From contig OX597829.1 in assembly GCA_951406725.2 (NCBI GenBank), positions 53,568,001 through 53,632,000 of the forward strand: a stretch of 64,000 nucleotides of DNA, given 5' to 3'. The DNA is from Octopus vulgaris. Lineage: Eukaryota. The notes under the pieces were generated by a model that saw only the letters and a program-made list of their open reading frames with translations, did not search any database and was not told where the DNA came from. Position 1 is the stretch's first letter. Each line of letters begins with the position of its first letter. The position numbers and the translations under genes are program-made. Of the stretch, positions 11,591 to 25,730 are shown piece after piece.

Positions 11591-12943
11591 ACGTAGGTAA
11601 TTATACCAGTGGTATAATGGATGCTTTTATCCCTTAGATGGTTATTCCAACCTCTAACTCACTACTAACTTTTAATATACCTCAATTACATACATGTGTG
11701 TGTGTGTGTGTGTATAAGACAAGAAATAATGTTTACCTCTTTTTATGGAGACGAAAGGGTTTATAGGACTGCGAAAAAGATGTGCTCTAATGAAATTGAG
11801 ACAGAGACAGGAAAACGTTTGATTAGAGAACAAACATCAAATTTAGGTCAATGACTTTATATAATACCACATGTCCACACATTTCATCATATATAAACAT
11901 TACCGTGGCCTTCAACATATAAAACAAATACATATATAAAAGCACAGAAGGTAAAAAATATAAATATGCTCATAAAAATACAAAATATATGAAAAGGCTA
12001 ATCAAGAAAAGGTATAAAGAAATCAACTAAAATAAGTAATCAAAATGAATTACTAAAGCATGTATAGCAACTAAAAAAACTAAAAAAAATATCAATCAAC
12101 TAAAAAAATTTTTATTCCCCTCAATCAAAAATATAGCAAAATAATTTGTTTCTCAAAAACCATGGATGGTTGAAGTCCAAGGAGCATAAGTGAGTTCCAC
12201 AAAATCAGGTCAAAACACATCTGTGGCCATTTTGGGATATATCATATCCTTTCCAGGAGATGCTGACTCTGCTCCGATATACATATGTATATATACACAT
12301 TCAAACATTGGGCCTTACAGAGGCAATGACAGGAGACTGAGATCTTTGGATATATGCTGTGATTGAGAAGACTCGGCAACTAAAGTGAGATTGCAGCCAC
12401 GCATGCCTGGCCCAGTTAAGAGTACCCCTGATGCATCGTGTGATATGATATGCTTGAGAAAACCTGTTGAGTCAAATAAAACCAATACCGTAGCTATGGC
12501 CAGTGCCCCCTGATTGGCTCCCATGCTGGTGGCACGTAAAAAGCACCATCTGAACATAGCCAATGCCAGTACTCCCTGACTAGCCCCAGTGCCTGTGGCA
12601 CGTAAAAAGCACTATCCGAATGTGATCAATGCCAGGCCTGCCTGACAGGCTCCTGTACTGGTGGCACATAAAAAGCACCCACTTTCATTACACTCTCAGT
12701 GTGGTTGTAGTGATTAGTAAAAATTCTCATATCTTCCATCTTTTGTCTTTCATTTACCATATCGCTGACGAAGATTAGGAAGGTTGTTGTCCACAATGTG
12801 GAAGCATTGCCAGATCAGATTGGAGCCTGGTGCAGCTGCTAGCTCTCCAGACCTCAGTCAAACAATCCAACCCATGCCAGCATGGAAAATGGACGTTAAA
12901 CGATGATGATGATGATGATACACACACACTCATATATATATAC

Positions 12944-12997
<54 letters not shown>

Positions 12998-13105
12998 CGC
13001 CACCACTCGGGTGTAGTATATATATATATATATGGTGTTTTTATACGACACACACAGGGCTGCAGCGCCCGCTATACATATACATGCATATATATGGTCG
13101 CCTTG

Positions 13106-13145
<40 letters not shown>

Positions 13146-14166
13146 TGTGTGTGTATATATACATATATATATATATTTATATATGTATATATGTGGAGGG
13201 TAGTTAATGGTGATCTACATAGTCACTGGATGCTGGTTGTGTGAGCACCATACTGGGCTAAAACTTCCAGAGAGTGATGCAAACCTCAAGTCCTATTTCG
13301 ACCTCCTCATGGTACCACCTGGATCTAAACCAACAAGAGAGGATGATTGCAGGTGTCTGGTACAGTATAACCAGGCTGCTCTGAGTAGATGGGGCTTGTT
13401 AGCCATGATTAGCAGCCTGTCAAGGAGAAGGACACTCTGATATAAAACCTATGACCTGAGGACCTCTCTGTCCTCGTCCCAGCTTGTTGGGCTTTGGCAG
13501 ATGAACTCCAGGTGTAAAGGGTAGGGCTAGTTCTGCACAAACTGCGCTTCACCTTAAAACTCCATTGCGCAGGCCGAAGGATCTGTCCACGTCCATGACT
13601 ACGATCACAACTCTCCAAGCTCTTTAATGATGGGAAAGGGTAAAAAATGGCAGGTGGAGGATGTCACTGGAAGCTGCAGCTCCCAACCTGCATGCAGGTG
13701 GTTCAGGACATTGGTCACCTGGTGTTGACAAAAATTATATATTAGAAGTTTGAGATCCTTAAACAGACTGAATTAATCAATATATATTTATGTGTGTGCT
13801 ATAGTGAAAATGGTACACCCCTTCCCATATGACAGAGTGGCCACTGTTATAGTCAGACTGTCAGTCGTAAAAGAGGTCAGTGGTAGTAGAGTCATTGTAT
13901 GAGTTCTCAACATAATAGTGGTGACAAGAATATTAAAGTGCTGACAATAACAAACAAGTGGATGACAATCCACGTTATAACAGTGGCGACAAGGTAATAA
14001 ACAATTCATGCGGACAATGTTGGGAAAAAAACAGTTTTCTTTCATGAGAAAATAAACTATTCACGCAGAGGACGTTGAAAGATTTTTTCATGTGGAGAAA
14101 TCAAAAACTCGACAGAGGAGTAACAAAAATTTATGCAGTACATATTTTATGAAAAATTTGTAAAAT

Positions 14167-15086
14167 TATGGGAAGCTTGTTAGAGGGTCTAGTTGAGTTG
14201 CAAAAATAGCTACAACAACAACAACTCAAAGAACAACAAGAACTACAGCAAATGTTACAACTAGTGAAGTTGGTAACAAAACTGGGGAATACATTTTCGC
14301 CAGCCCATGTAGCAAAATCAATAAAGGAATTTAAATATGACCTGGAAGGAGTCACCTTTGAGGCATATTACCAAAGATTTGAAAAACTTTTCAAATAGGA
14401 ATGCCAAGACTGGATGGACGAAATGAAAACACGTCTAATTCTGAGGAAACTGGCGACGATAGAGCATGAGAAATATTGTAACTTTATATTGCCTAAAAAA
14501 GTTTCTGGCATAAATTTCACGGACACAATTGACATTTTTTGTTGGATGTTTAGTGAAAAAACATCGTTGCTCAGTACACGTTGGAAATGTTTGAACACTG
14601 AGAAAAGTGATGTCAAAGACTTTATCACATTTGCAGGTAGAGTGAACAGAGAGTGCGAGGGATTTAAACTGGATAAATTAACTCCGGGCTCGTTCAAGGG
14701 CCTGATTTTCCCTCAGCGTCTTACTGCTAAAAAGGATGCAAAAGTCAGAACAAAAATTCTCGCAAAACTGGAAATGAATCAAGATATAACTATCCGGACA
14801 CTGTCAGAAGAGTGGAATATGATATTAAAAGTAAGGCACGACACAGAAGAAATCCAGTGCAGAGGTTGTTCCACTAGTGTGGAAGAGTCAGAAGACGGAA
14901 AAAGTGTTTCACAAAAATCACAATATACAACATGTAAACCCATGTATGGTATATGGTGGTAGGCACCTGAGAAAAGAGTGTCTGTTCAAAAAAGCAAAGT
15001 GTTTTTGTTGTGGGAACACAGGACACATTAAATTGCACTGCAGAACTAAGATGACTAAAAATTGGAGAAAAAATTCATCAAGGTGA
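14167..15086 (+). pseudogene. Gypsy gag, disrupted
   Basis: ORFs 14414-14962 and 14877-15086 plus an upstream frame; CX2CX4HX4C motif; stops and frameshifts. Confidence 0.75.
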
Positions 15087-15444
15087 GAATTGAAACCACT
15101 AGTGTCAACATCCAATTAGTCATGGGGTGTGACATCACTATTATAATGAGGAAACATGGCAACAGATTGGTAAGCTGAAATTATTTAAATCAAATAAAGT
15201 AGCATATGGTGTTACAGGAATGAAATTATATTTCATTAGTAAATGTATTTACAATATAACTTTTCAGGGTGAAACAAAAGGGAGAATCATTTATGTGTTG
15301 AAAAAATCACTAAACCTATTTGGTTTTCAGTGAAAATGTAGTTGGTACGATTAAAAGTTCAAAAGAAGTCAAACAACTTCTTTTGGAAGGATTAGGCTGT
15401 TGCACGGAAACAGAAGCAAGGATTGTGGTAAAAGACACCCCCAT

Positions 15445-15842
15445 ATTCAGACACCTACCATATTCTGAGCACCTTGTTTCCCTGGGCATGGATTCACTGA
15501 AGCTGGCAACGGACTTGGTAAACACCCACAAAGTTATCAACCACCTCACCAACAACAACACTGAACACCTTTTTGATCTCCATGTGTCTAACACACGTGG
15601 ACATGCCTACAAAGTCAGAAAACAACACAGCTCCCATGACTTTCGGAAACATTTTTTCACGCTCAGAGTTGCTGAAGCATGGAATAAACTGCCTGCGTCA
15701 GTTGTTGACTGCCATGACACTGCATCCTTTAAGGCCCTCATGCTTTCCGAAATCCGCCGAAACTACACCTGATTATATATACACTTTAGATGAGTTGTAG
15801 TGCACCTGAGCACTGTACACAATTATTATTATTATTATTATT
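15445..15842 (+). mobile_element. CR1-clade LINE 3' end nested in the Gypsy element
   Basis: HLPYSE...TRGHAYK...FFTLRVAEAWNKLP...FK, then 3' UTR and (ATT)n tail. Confidence 0.85.
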
Positions 15843-16599
15843 TTAAGAAGAAGCAATACCTGTTTTTAGGCCAAAATGGAACACATCATTTGCGCTGTTG
15901 GACCAGGTCAATATAGAGCTAGAAAGACTAGAAAGTCTAGCCATAATTGAAAATGTTGACCATTCAGACTGGGCAGCTCTGATGATTTATGCAAAAAGAA
16001 AAAATATTAAGTTGGAAAAAAAATGTTAAAAAGGGAGGAGGGGTGAATAAAGTAAAATAAATGTACTTGCTTCTCAAAGAAAAAGAAGGAAAAAATACTA
16101 AAAGGGGTGATGTTGTAGTGAAAGTGGTACACTCAAATCTTATGTGACAAAGTCTACTACTACTACTGACCTCCTACAACGACTGGCAATCTGACTATAA
16201 AGTCAAGACAGCCAGTCATTGTAGGAGATCAGTAGTAGGAGAGTCATTGGATGAGTTCTCAGTAGGAGTCAGTGTCTGTTACGTGTTATATACTCTTTTA
16301 CTCTCTTTTACTTGTTTCAGTCATGTGACTGTGGCCATGCTGGAGCACCCACTTTTATATACAAGTTCGAGTTACCATTAAGGTAGACGTTTCAAAGTCG
16401 TTGTCTTGTGGAAATATCAGCAATAGCACAATGGACAAATCAAAGATAAGAAGATGCAGAACATAACACGATAGAGGTGACAAGAATATTATAGTGCCAA
16501 CAACAACATACAAGTGGACACGGATTCACATTATAACAGTTTGGAAGTATGGATGTCAATAACATATTTTAAAAAAAAAAAAGAAATATAAATATAAAC

Positions 16600-17055
16600 T
16601 AACATGGTGTTTGAAGGGATCACTAGTAATGGCAATGTTATGCCTCCCTTCATCTTCCCACTCGGCCTCAGAATCAACATGGAGGCCTACATCAAGTGCC
16701 TGGAGGTGGTAGTACTGCCTTGGGTCAAGAAGGTGGCTGCTGGAAGACCCTATGTCTGGCAACAGGACTCTGCACCTTGCCACACAAGCAGGAAAACCCA
16801 GTCATGGCTATCAGACAATTTCTGCAACCACACCACCCCTAACATCTGGCACCCAACTCCCCAGACTGCAACCCTCTTCATTATTACATGTGGGGTGCAA
16901 TTGAAAGAGAGACCAACAAAACTCCTTGTAACATCAAAGATGAACTGAAGGCAAGGATTATGGCAGCATTCACCAACTGTCCACAAGGGTTGCAGGAAAT
17001 TCCAAAGTAAGTTGTCTGGAGGTTGTGGTTGAAGCCAATGGCAATTTTAGTTGAA
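16600..17055 (+). mobile_element. Tc1/mariner-superfamily transposase C-terminal fragment (DD37D/maT-like)
   Basis: YVWQQDSAPCHTS...NIW, then after a frameshift PDCNPLHYYMWG...DELKARI. Confidence 0.8.
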
Positions 17056-17662
17056 TAAAACTGATTTTGGTGTGCTTACGTCCCCATAACTTAGTAGTTT
17101 GGCAAAAGAGACCGATAGAATAAGTACTAGACTTATAAAGAATAAGTCTTGGGTTTGATTTGCCCGACTAAAGGCGGTGCTCCAGCATGGCCACAGTCAA
17201 ATGACTGAAACAAGTAAAAGAGTAAACAAATGATACATGTTCTTTATTACATGGGAAAATGAAAGTAAATCTTCATGTTTCAACGTAAGCACCGGTGGCA
17301 TCAACCATTTTCCTCAAACGCCCACCAGCATGAAGGCTGGTCAGGCGGGTACTGGCAACGGCCATGCTCAAATGGTGCTTTTTATGTGCCACCTGCACAA
17401 GAGTCAGTCCAGCAGCACTGGCAATGACCCCCGCTCGAATTATATATATATATATAAAGTACAAAGTGAGATAGGGGTTATGAGTGTAAGCCACTATGGG
17501 ATATCATTTATCCAATATACTATTAGTGAAGTGCCCAGAGAGACTAATACATTAATGCTTACAATTGCAATGCAATTAGTTCATTTATTGCATTAGATGG
17601 GCGAAGGTAAAATGGAGCAGCCCGAATGGAGGTAATAATAGTGGTATTTCTGTTCCTCCATT

Positions 17663-17709
<47 letters not shown>

Positions 17710-17957
17710 TTTTTGCGGGGTTATCAATCCAGACAAAATACTTCATAAGCTCTCTGTTGGCCACCATTCTACCAATATTATTTAGATTAGTGAAGAACTG
17801 CAGGTACTCATGTGGTAGGGTCCAAGGTCATGGTTCATCAGAATTGTATATTGTAAATCTGTGGTTGGGCCCCAGTCAAACTGATTTTTACACAGAGTGA
17901 TACACAAGACAAGGTATAAATAATGGTCATTATATATATTGCCTTTATTGGAGAAAA

Positions 17958-18084
17958 TTTGGCTTACAGCTGTTTCCAGTAGTCAATATAGCTACATTAC
18001 TGGTAGGTTTACTCAACTGGTCTATTGATCAATTGATCAAGTTGGATGACCTAAAAAATTAATGCTACTTTCATCAGACCCAAA
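17958..18084 (-). ncRNA. Hammerhead-like motif with ~94-nt stem II insert
   Basis: TTTGGGT-CTGATGA-A-AGTAG...CTACT-G-GAAAC-AGCT-GTA-AGCCAAA; stem I 6/7 pairs. Confidence 0.6.
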
Positions 18085-18156
18085 TATGTAACGACCATTA
18101 TTTATAGCTTGTCTTATATATATATACACACACACATGCATACGCAACATACATAA

Positions 18157-18208
<52 letters not shown>

Positions 18209-18676
18209 AATAATGATAAGAGACAAAAAATAGGTTACTAAAATATATTCTGTTGTAAACTTATTATGTGCACTAAATCATGTACTAAAAATATATAAAT
18301 ATATCAATACATAAATATACTTAAAAATATATCCAAAATACATTAAAAATATATAGATATTAGTATATAAATGTGCTAAGAATATATTAAGAACATACAA
18401 TGTATACTCCTATTTATAATAAAAATGGTATTAAAATTATACAGAATGAATCAAGTGCAGAGAATCTTGTAAATCCATATAGATGTTTATAGTTCTTTAA
18501 AATCCAATAGCCGTTTCTGGGGGCATAGTGGTGCAAATATATAATAGAATTTAAGTTCCATTAATCTAATATCACCACCTTTTTCATGGAATTTTCCAAC
18601 AGGTAAGGCTACATTGTCCTATATATAGAGAAATGGGTCCTATATATCAAGAAATTTCATCTTTTGAAAATAAATC

Positions 18677-18727
<51 letters not shown>

Positions 18728-18821
18728 TAAAGGGTGAAATATAATTAATTTAATAAAATCAACAAATTTCACCAAGTAGTATTTTGGTATGTCCTTTTCA
18801 ATACCGAACTTTTACCTTATA

Positions 18822-18899
<78 letters not shown>

Positions 18900-19519
18900 T
18901 ATAATTCAAAATAAAATCTCGTTAATGATTATATTGAGTGGCCAGCATGAAATAAAACCTTATAGGTAATTTATATACTAAATTAATAATTATAAATAAT
19001 TATTAATTTAGAATGTATATATATATATGTATGCATATACACACACACGCACACACACGCACACACACACTTGTATGAGATTGTAAAGTGTAATTATTTA
19101 AGAGAGATTTCACCACAATTTACAGCCGGATGAGCATCAGGTGAGGGTGTAGAATATCCTGAGATGTATTGACAATGAGAATGGGAATATTGTTAGGTAG
19201 TGGCACAGCATTTGCCTGAAACTGTCTCTCTCAAACATTTCTCTTCAGTTTATTCAGAGAAATGGCAGATGTAAAAAGCAGCGTGGGGTATGAACTACTT
19301 CTGTTTTATTAGTTTAGAAAGATGTTTTGGGAAAATGGCGTGAAGTATATTTAGGGAGTGTATAATATTCTTTCTGCTGTAAGTACAAGGCATGAAATCT
19401 TGGGGAAGAGGGTTGGTCTGTTTCATCGACCCCAGTGCATAATGGGTACTTATTTCATCAAACCCTAAACATTTTGTATGACATGCTAATAATTCTACCA
19501 ACTCCCCACCTTAATTACG

Positions 19520-19832
<313 letters not shown>

Positions 19833-20217
19833 CACCATCATCATCGTTTAACGTCCGTTTTCCATGCTGGCATGGTTTGAACAGTTTGACTGGGGTCAGG
19901 CAAGCCAGGAGGCTGCACCAGGCTCCAATCTGATCTGGCAATGTTTCTACAGCTGGACGCCCTTCCTAACGCCAACCACTGCAACAGTGTAGTGGGTGTT
20001 TTTTGCATGCCACCGGTACAGGAGCCAGTCAGGGTGAGGGGGCTGGCATTGACCACAAGGCCTGAAATTTGTGGGGAGGGAACAACTTGATTTTATCGAC
20101 CCCAAAAGGATGAAAGGCAAAGTCAGCCTTGACAGAATCTGAACTCAGAACATAACAATGGGTGAAATACCGCTAAGCATTCCAGCTGCCATGTTAACAA
20201 TTCTGCCAGTTCACCAT

Positions 20218-20264
<47 letters not shown>

Positions 20265-20265
20265 C

Positions 20266-20622
20266 AACAAGAGCACTCAGAGAGTGCAAACCTCCACCAA
20301 GGCAACACCAATGTCCTCTCAATGAATGGCCAGAGATGATTTTTAAGATCAGAATATCTGAAATAAACTCGACTGCTCTCACAAACGAGAATACTAAAAA
20401 TGAACCTGACTGCTCTCAAAAATTAAGTAAAACTACAGGAAAAATAATCCAGAATCCTTGGCCGGTACTGGATCAATCCCCAAATCTATTCAGTTTGTGC
20501 TGGTCACAAGGCCAAACATCCCTGAAAGTTTAATCTGAATCCATCCAATGGTTCTTGAGGTATCTTGTCCACAGACATACAAACACGACTGAAAACAATA
20601 CATCTGCCTTCGCTAAGGCAGA

Positions 20623-20627
<5 letters not shown>
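20266..20627. mobile_element. Helentron/HINE-like non-autonomous element
   Basis: Terminal hairpin TCTGCCTT-CGCT-AAGGCAGA (20603-20622); short subterminal inverted motif ACCTCC/AGAGGT; sits between (AAT)n tracts. Confidence 0.45.
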
Positions 20628-20663
<36 letters not shown>

Positions 20664-20673
20664 TAATAATAAC

Positions 20674-20752
<79 letters not shown>

Positions 20753-20756
<4 letters not shown>

Positions 20757-21775
20757 CCCGAGGGAAGTACGGCAACTATTGTTGCAAAGAAGGTGAAAAT
20801 GATGGCAATGAAGAAAGCGCACGAGCAATTGGCTGATAGGTGGGAGGAGAAACCTCTGCAAGGCAAATATGTGACCCGCAGCAAACAAGCTGATATTGAC
20901 CAGAAGCAAACCCATCAGTGGCTACGGAGCTCAGGGCTAAAAGCAGAGAGCGAAGGTTCCATCCTGGCTGCTCAAGATCAAAGCCTATTAACCCGGAACT
21001 ACCAGGCCAATGTGATGAAAAATGGAGCAGACCCAAAATGCCGATTCTGCAACGACATGATTGAAACAGTGGACCACCTAATCTCTGGATGTAAAGTCTT
21101 AGCACCAGTGGAGTATAAATTAAGACATGACAGAGTTGGCCAATATCTCCACTGGCTAATAAGTCGGCATTACAATATCAAAACTGCTGACAAGTGGTAT
21201 AATCACCACCCTGAGGCTGTAACTGAAGGAGAAAATGTAACCATTCTGTGGGACTTTCCAGTACATACAGACCGAACCATCAAGGCCAATAAACCAGATA
21301 TTGTTGTGAAAGACCAAAACAATAAAGTTTGCTTATTGATCGACATGAGCATCCCCTGTGATCATAATATCTCAGCGAAAGAGTTTGACAAGCTCAGAAA
21401 ATATAAAGACCTACTCATTGAAATTGAGAAAATGTGGCATCTCAAGGCGGTTACAATACCAGTGATCGTAGGAGCACTAGGAATGATCAAGAAGGGAACC
21501 GAAAATTATATGAGAATGATCCCTGGCTTACCATCCCTGCAAGAAGTGCAAAAGATTGTCTTAACTGGTACATCACACGTATTGAGAAGAGCATTGTCGA
21601 TGTGAGAACTGTTGCTGCTCATGTATTTTAATTTAACTTTAAAAAAAAAAAAAAAATGAACGAACTACTGAGTTTGGTTTAATGGCCTACCAATGTATAC
21701 TATGAGTTTCTTTGCCCTAGTAGTCGGGAAGACACCCAGCAAGAAATGGAAGCAAATTTGAAAGAAGAAAAAAAA
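20753..21775 (+). mobile_element. R4/Dong-clade non-LTR retrotransposon 3' fragment
   Basis: Flanked by (TAA)n; encodes a CCHC finger and a restriction-like endonuclease; followed by 3' UTR. Confidence 0.9.
20793..21605 (+). CDS. C-terminal 270 aa of an R4/Dong ORF (zinc knuckle plus PD-(D/E)xK endonuclease), 5' truncated
   Basis: CRFC...ETVDHLISGC...RHD...NKPDIVV...LIDMSIP...KLRKYKDL; uninterrupted to the natural stop. Confidence 0.85.
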   Translation: MKMMAMKKAHEQLADRWEEKPLQGKYVTRSKQADIDQKQTHQWLRSSGLKAESEGSILAAQDQSLLTRNYQANVMKNGADPKCRFCNDMIETVDHLISGCKVLAPVEYKLRHDRVGQYLHWLISRHYNIKTADKWYNHHPEAVTEGENVTILWDFPVHTDRTIKANKPDIVVKDQNNKVCLLIDMSIPCDHNISAKEFDKLRKYKDLLIEIEKMWHLKAVTIPVIVGALGMIKKGTENYMRMIPGLPSLQEVQKIVLTGTSHVLRRALSM

Positions 21776-21802
21776 AAGTAATAATAATAATAATAATAAT
21801 AA

Positions 21803-22735
21803 TAGAAGAAGAAGAAGACACAACAAAAGCTATAAAACAAATGAAATCCAAACTAAAACTAGAACAGCAACAGACCATGATAAAACGATGGCAAGAAAAG
21901 CCCCTACATGGCAAATACTGGACAAAAGAAATAGATGAAGAAAAATCCCAACAATGGTTGAGAAGCTCAGGACTCAAAGCAGAGACAGAGGGATTTTTAA
22001 TTGCAGCACAAGACCAAAGCCTCTCCACCAGAAATTACCAAAAACATGTAATGAAAAGAAATATAACAAGTAACTGGAGAATATGTGGAGATGGACAAGA
22101 AACAATAAATCATATTATCTCTGGCTGCCCAGTCCTGGCTAAGAAGGAATATATTCACAGACACGACAGAGTTGGAACATTGGGAGCTATGCCAACATTA
22201 TGGAATAACGACAGAAAAAAGATGGTATAGGCACGCACCAGAAAAGGTCACAGAAAATGAGAAAGCAACCATACTCTGGGATATGCCAATACACACAGAT
22301 AGAGAAATTAAGGCCAACAGACCAGATATAGTTGTCAGAGATCATGAAGAAAAAAATGCTTTCTAATTGATGTATCAATACCGGCAGATGACAACGTGTC
22401 TCTAAAAGAAATGGAGAAACTTTTCAAAATACAAAGACCTGGAAATAGAGGTAACCAGAATGTGGAATCTAAAAACAGAAACAATTCCTATCATAGTAGG
22501 TGCATTAGGCATGATAAAAAAATATTCAGACAAATACATAACAAAAACACCAGGACTTACAAACACATATAACATACAGAAAATTGCACTACTAGGCACT
22601 GCACACATCCTACGCAGAGCACTTTCCATACAATAACCATCAGAGCATCACAACAAATCACAGCACATACCCAAGGCACACAGAGCTGCGCTCGGTAGTG
22701 AAGTGAAAGCACGCTATAAAAATAAAACTACTGAA
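21803..22735 (+). mobile_element. Second R4/Dong subfamily 3' fragment, frameshifted
   Basis: GLKAETEGFLIAAQDQ...ETINHIISGC...RHD...NRPDIVV spread over three frames; bounded by (TAA)n. Confidence 0.9.
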
Positions 22736-24439
22736 TAATAATAATCCTTTCTACTAAAGGCACAAGGCCTGAAATTTTTTTGGGGGGGGTTAGTCAATTA
22801 TATCAACCACAGTGCTCAAATAGTGCTTATTTCATTGACCCCAAAAAGATGAAAGGCAAAGTATATTCCAAAGGAATTTGAACTCCAAATGTACAGATTA
22901 AATTCCCCTCTAAGCATTCTACAAGAATGCTAATGATTCTACCAGCTCACTGCCTAACTGGTGATAACTATACAGATAGTGATGATTATGATACAGGTAT
23001 TGCTATCATCATAACTGTTGTGTGGATATGGGGGCAAGTAAATGAACACAGATAGACAACCCTTAAATTCTGGACAACACTTTAACTGATTAATTTTAAT
23101 AGCTGCTGTTTGGCAAAAGTGAAAGTGGTATCTGGTCTGCAATGATTGCTGAAGAATGTAGGTCAGATATTTATGTGGTAGATCAGATGTTCTTAGCATG
23201 GGTGGTACTGCCCCCAACAGGGTGCTGGGCATGTTGAAGGAGGTGTTAGGCTTTAGTGGGTGGTAAGGGGTGCTTGTGAGTTAACACAACACAATAAATT
23301 TTACTTATAGTAGTAATAATATTATACATGATTAACTTAGGAATGGTTCTTAAAATAAAATAAGACCTCATCAGGCATGGGGCGGGGGGGGGGAAGTCAT
23401 TGACTCGCAATGAATAAAGTAAATTTACAACTTTTGTCTTGTTAATTTTTCATCATTTCGCTACTAACAGCTTATAGCATCCATTTTTAGAGTAAAATTT
23501 ATAAATCATCATCTCTGGTAAGTTAGTTTAGTTGTGGTACTTCACTTGTCACTTAAGGGGGCAACAAGCGTATAACAACTACTCAGAAGGAGTGGGTCTT
23601 CAAAAAAAAAAAAAGAACCACTATTTTATAATACAGCTTATTGAAATGATTTCAGCAATGACAAGAATAATGAAGTTTGGTCCCCTGCTAATATATGTGA
23701 AAATAAAACAGTATTGCTAAGTATAGCTAAACACACTGAATGTGTAAGGCTGTTTTCATTGACATGTGCAAGAAACGATTTGCTGTTTTGCACACACACA
23801 CAAGTATATGCACAAAGACACACACACACACACACACATGCACACACATGTGTCCACACTCACACACACACACACACACACAATTACAGCTATACCTACC
23901 ATACAGAACTGTGCTTTCTTGTAATCTGATATTTTTTTTTAGCCATGATGTGTCCCTTGGTAAATGTGTCGGGCGTCTTGTTAATCACTCCTGAATCCAA
24001 GTACAAAGATATTATTTATTTTACTTATTCCAGAGAGACTGAATGTAACATCAACACCAGCTTAATTTGAATTCAGAAAACAGAAACAAAACTAAACTTT
24101 GATAGTATTAAATCTTGTTCCCTTGTTCAGCAGCTTTAACACTTTTACTAACATGTTATTAAAGGTGTTATTATTAAGGTGACATAGGGCAGCAAGCTGG
24201 CAGAGAATTGTTAGCATGTCAAACAAATGCATAGCAGTATTTTTCCTAGCTTTACATTCCAAATGCAAATGCCATTGTGATCAATATTGCTCTTGATCTT
24301 TTCATGGTTGATAAAATAAGTACCATTTGAAAACTAGGATCGATTTGATCAACTTACGCTCAAAATTGTGGGTCTTGTGCCAAAAATTAGAAAGAATTAT
24401 TAAGAGTATTACTACTTCAAGCTATAGTTATTTTTTTTT

Positions 24440-24950
24440 AGCTCCAAGTTGGCCCTAAAAGCTGGATCATGCCCTGATGGCTTCCAGTTCTTCATTTATT
24501 TTTGCAGTATCTTGAATTACTTCCATTGTTATAAATGTCAACATTTGTACCAAAATTACGTGTTTGTTGCTTTCACCAGCTTTATCTATGGTGATTCTTT
24601 TGCCACCCACATCTCTTCCCAAAATTCTTCTACCTCTCTTTCTGTTGGTGCTGCTGTGCCTTCTATTTTGCTTTTACCAAATTCTAGATAGGATGGTTTT
24701 GTGTTGGGATTTGAGCCGTTTTATTTAAACTGTTGTTGGTGTTTTTCACACTGATAAATTCTTTGTAAGTTCGTAAAGATTCCATTTTAGTGATTCCTTC
24801 ATTTCAGCCACATCTCTTCAATCATGTTCAGAGCTTCTCTAGTATTTTTTTTGTTGTTGTTTTTAGTTATGTTATTTTGTTAATCATTTTATTTAGAACT
24901 AAAAGATTCTTTCTCTTATTTCCTAATATTTATTTTCCACATTGAAACTA
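24440..24950 (-). mobile_element. Highly degenerate R4/Dong-like RT-proximal fragment
   Basis: Minus frame ITMEVIQDTAK*MKNWKPSGHD resembles the NWKAPGxD motif. Confidence 0.4.
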
Positions 24951-24971
24951 CAATATATATTACTACATTAA

Positions 24972-25475
24972 ATCAAACCAAATCAAAATAGATGAACATC
25001 AATGGAATTTGTATCTTTGTGGTACCAGTGCCGGTGGCACATAAGAAAACCATCCGAATGTGGCCGTAGCCAGTACCGCATCGACTGGCCTCTGTGCTGT
25101 GGGCACGTAACAAACACCATCCGATCGTGGCCATTCGCCAGCCTCGTCTGGCACCTGTGTCGGTGGCACATAAAAAACACCATCCGAGCGTGGCCGTCTG
25201 CCAGCCTCGTCTGGCACCTGTGTCGGTGGCACATAAAAAAACACCATCCGAGCGTGGCCGTTCGCCAGCCTCGTCTGGCACCTGTGTCAGTGGCACATAA
25301 AATCACCCACTACACTCTCAGAGTGGTTGGCGTTAGGAAGGGCATCCAGCTGTAGAAACACTGCCAGATCTGACTGGCCTGGTGCAGCCTTCGGGCTCCC
25401 CAGACCCCAGTTGAACCGTCCAACCCATGGTAGCATGGAAAGCAGACATTAAACGATGATGATGATGATGATGAT
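24972..25475 (+). mobile_element. Young RTE 3' UTR copy with three 63-bp tandem units
   Basis: Near-identical to 36766-37440 apart from unit number; (GAT)n tail. Confidence 0.85.
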
Positions 25476-25511
25476 TTAACTTAGTAATGATGATACTGGA
25501 GTCCATTTTAA

Positions 25512-25730
25512 CCCTTAAGCATTCTGTTTATTCTGTCTAATGTAATGTTTATTAATTCACATTGTGTTGAAGTTATCATGCATCATCTCATAGCTGCAAG
25601 ATTTCAATGGCATGTTTGTTTACTTTTAGAATGACATTGTAGGGTAGGTGTGAGGAGCTAGATCTGGCCGCTTTATTATAAAACAGGTAATATATCTGGG
25701 TCTAATATGGCAAGTTTAAATGCTAAAGGG
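25512..25730. mobile_element. piggyBac-type MITE
   Basis: TTAA-CCCTTAAGCATT ... AATGCTAAAGGG-TTAA. Confidence 0.85.

Larger units (their letters stand above)
13797..16538 (+). mobile_element. Degenerate Gypsy LTR retrotransposon (gag, decayed protease, most of pol deleted)
   Basis: LTRs 13797-13982 and 16111-16538 (TG...CA, shared ends); PBS TGGCGACAAGG at 13984; purine tract before the 3' LTR; imperfect TSD GTGTG/GTTTG; zinc knuckle CFCCGNTGHIKLHC; RT start PVFRPK...ELERLE...SDWAA. Confidence 0.85.
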
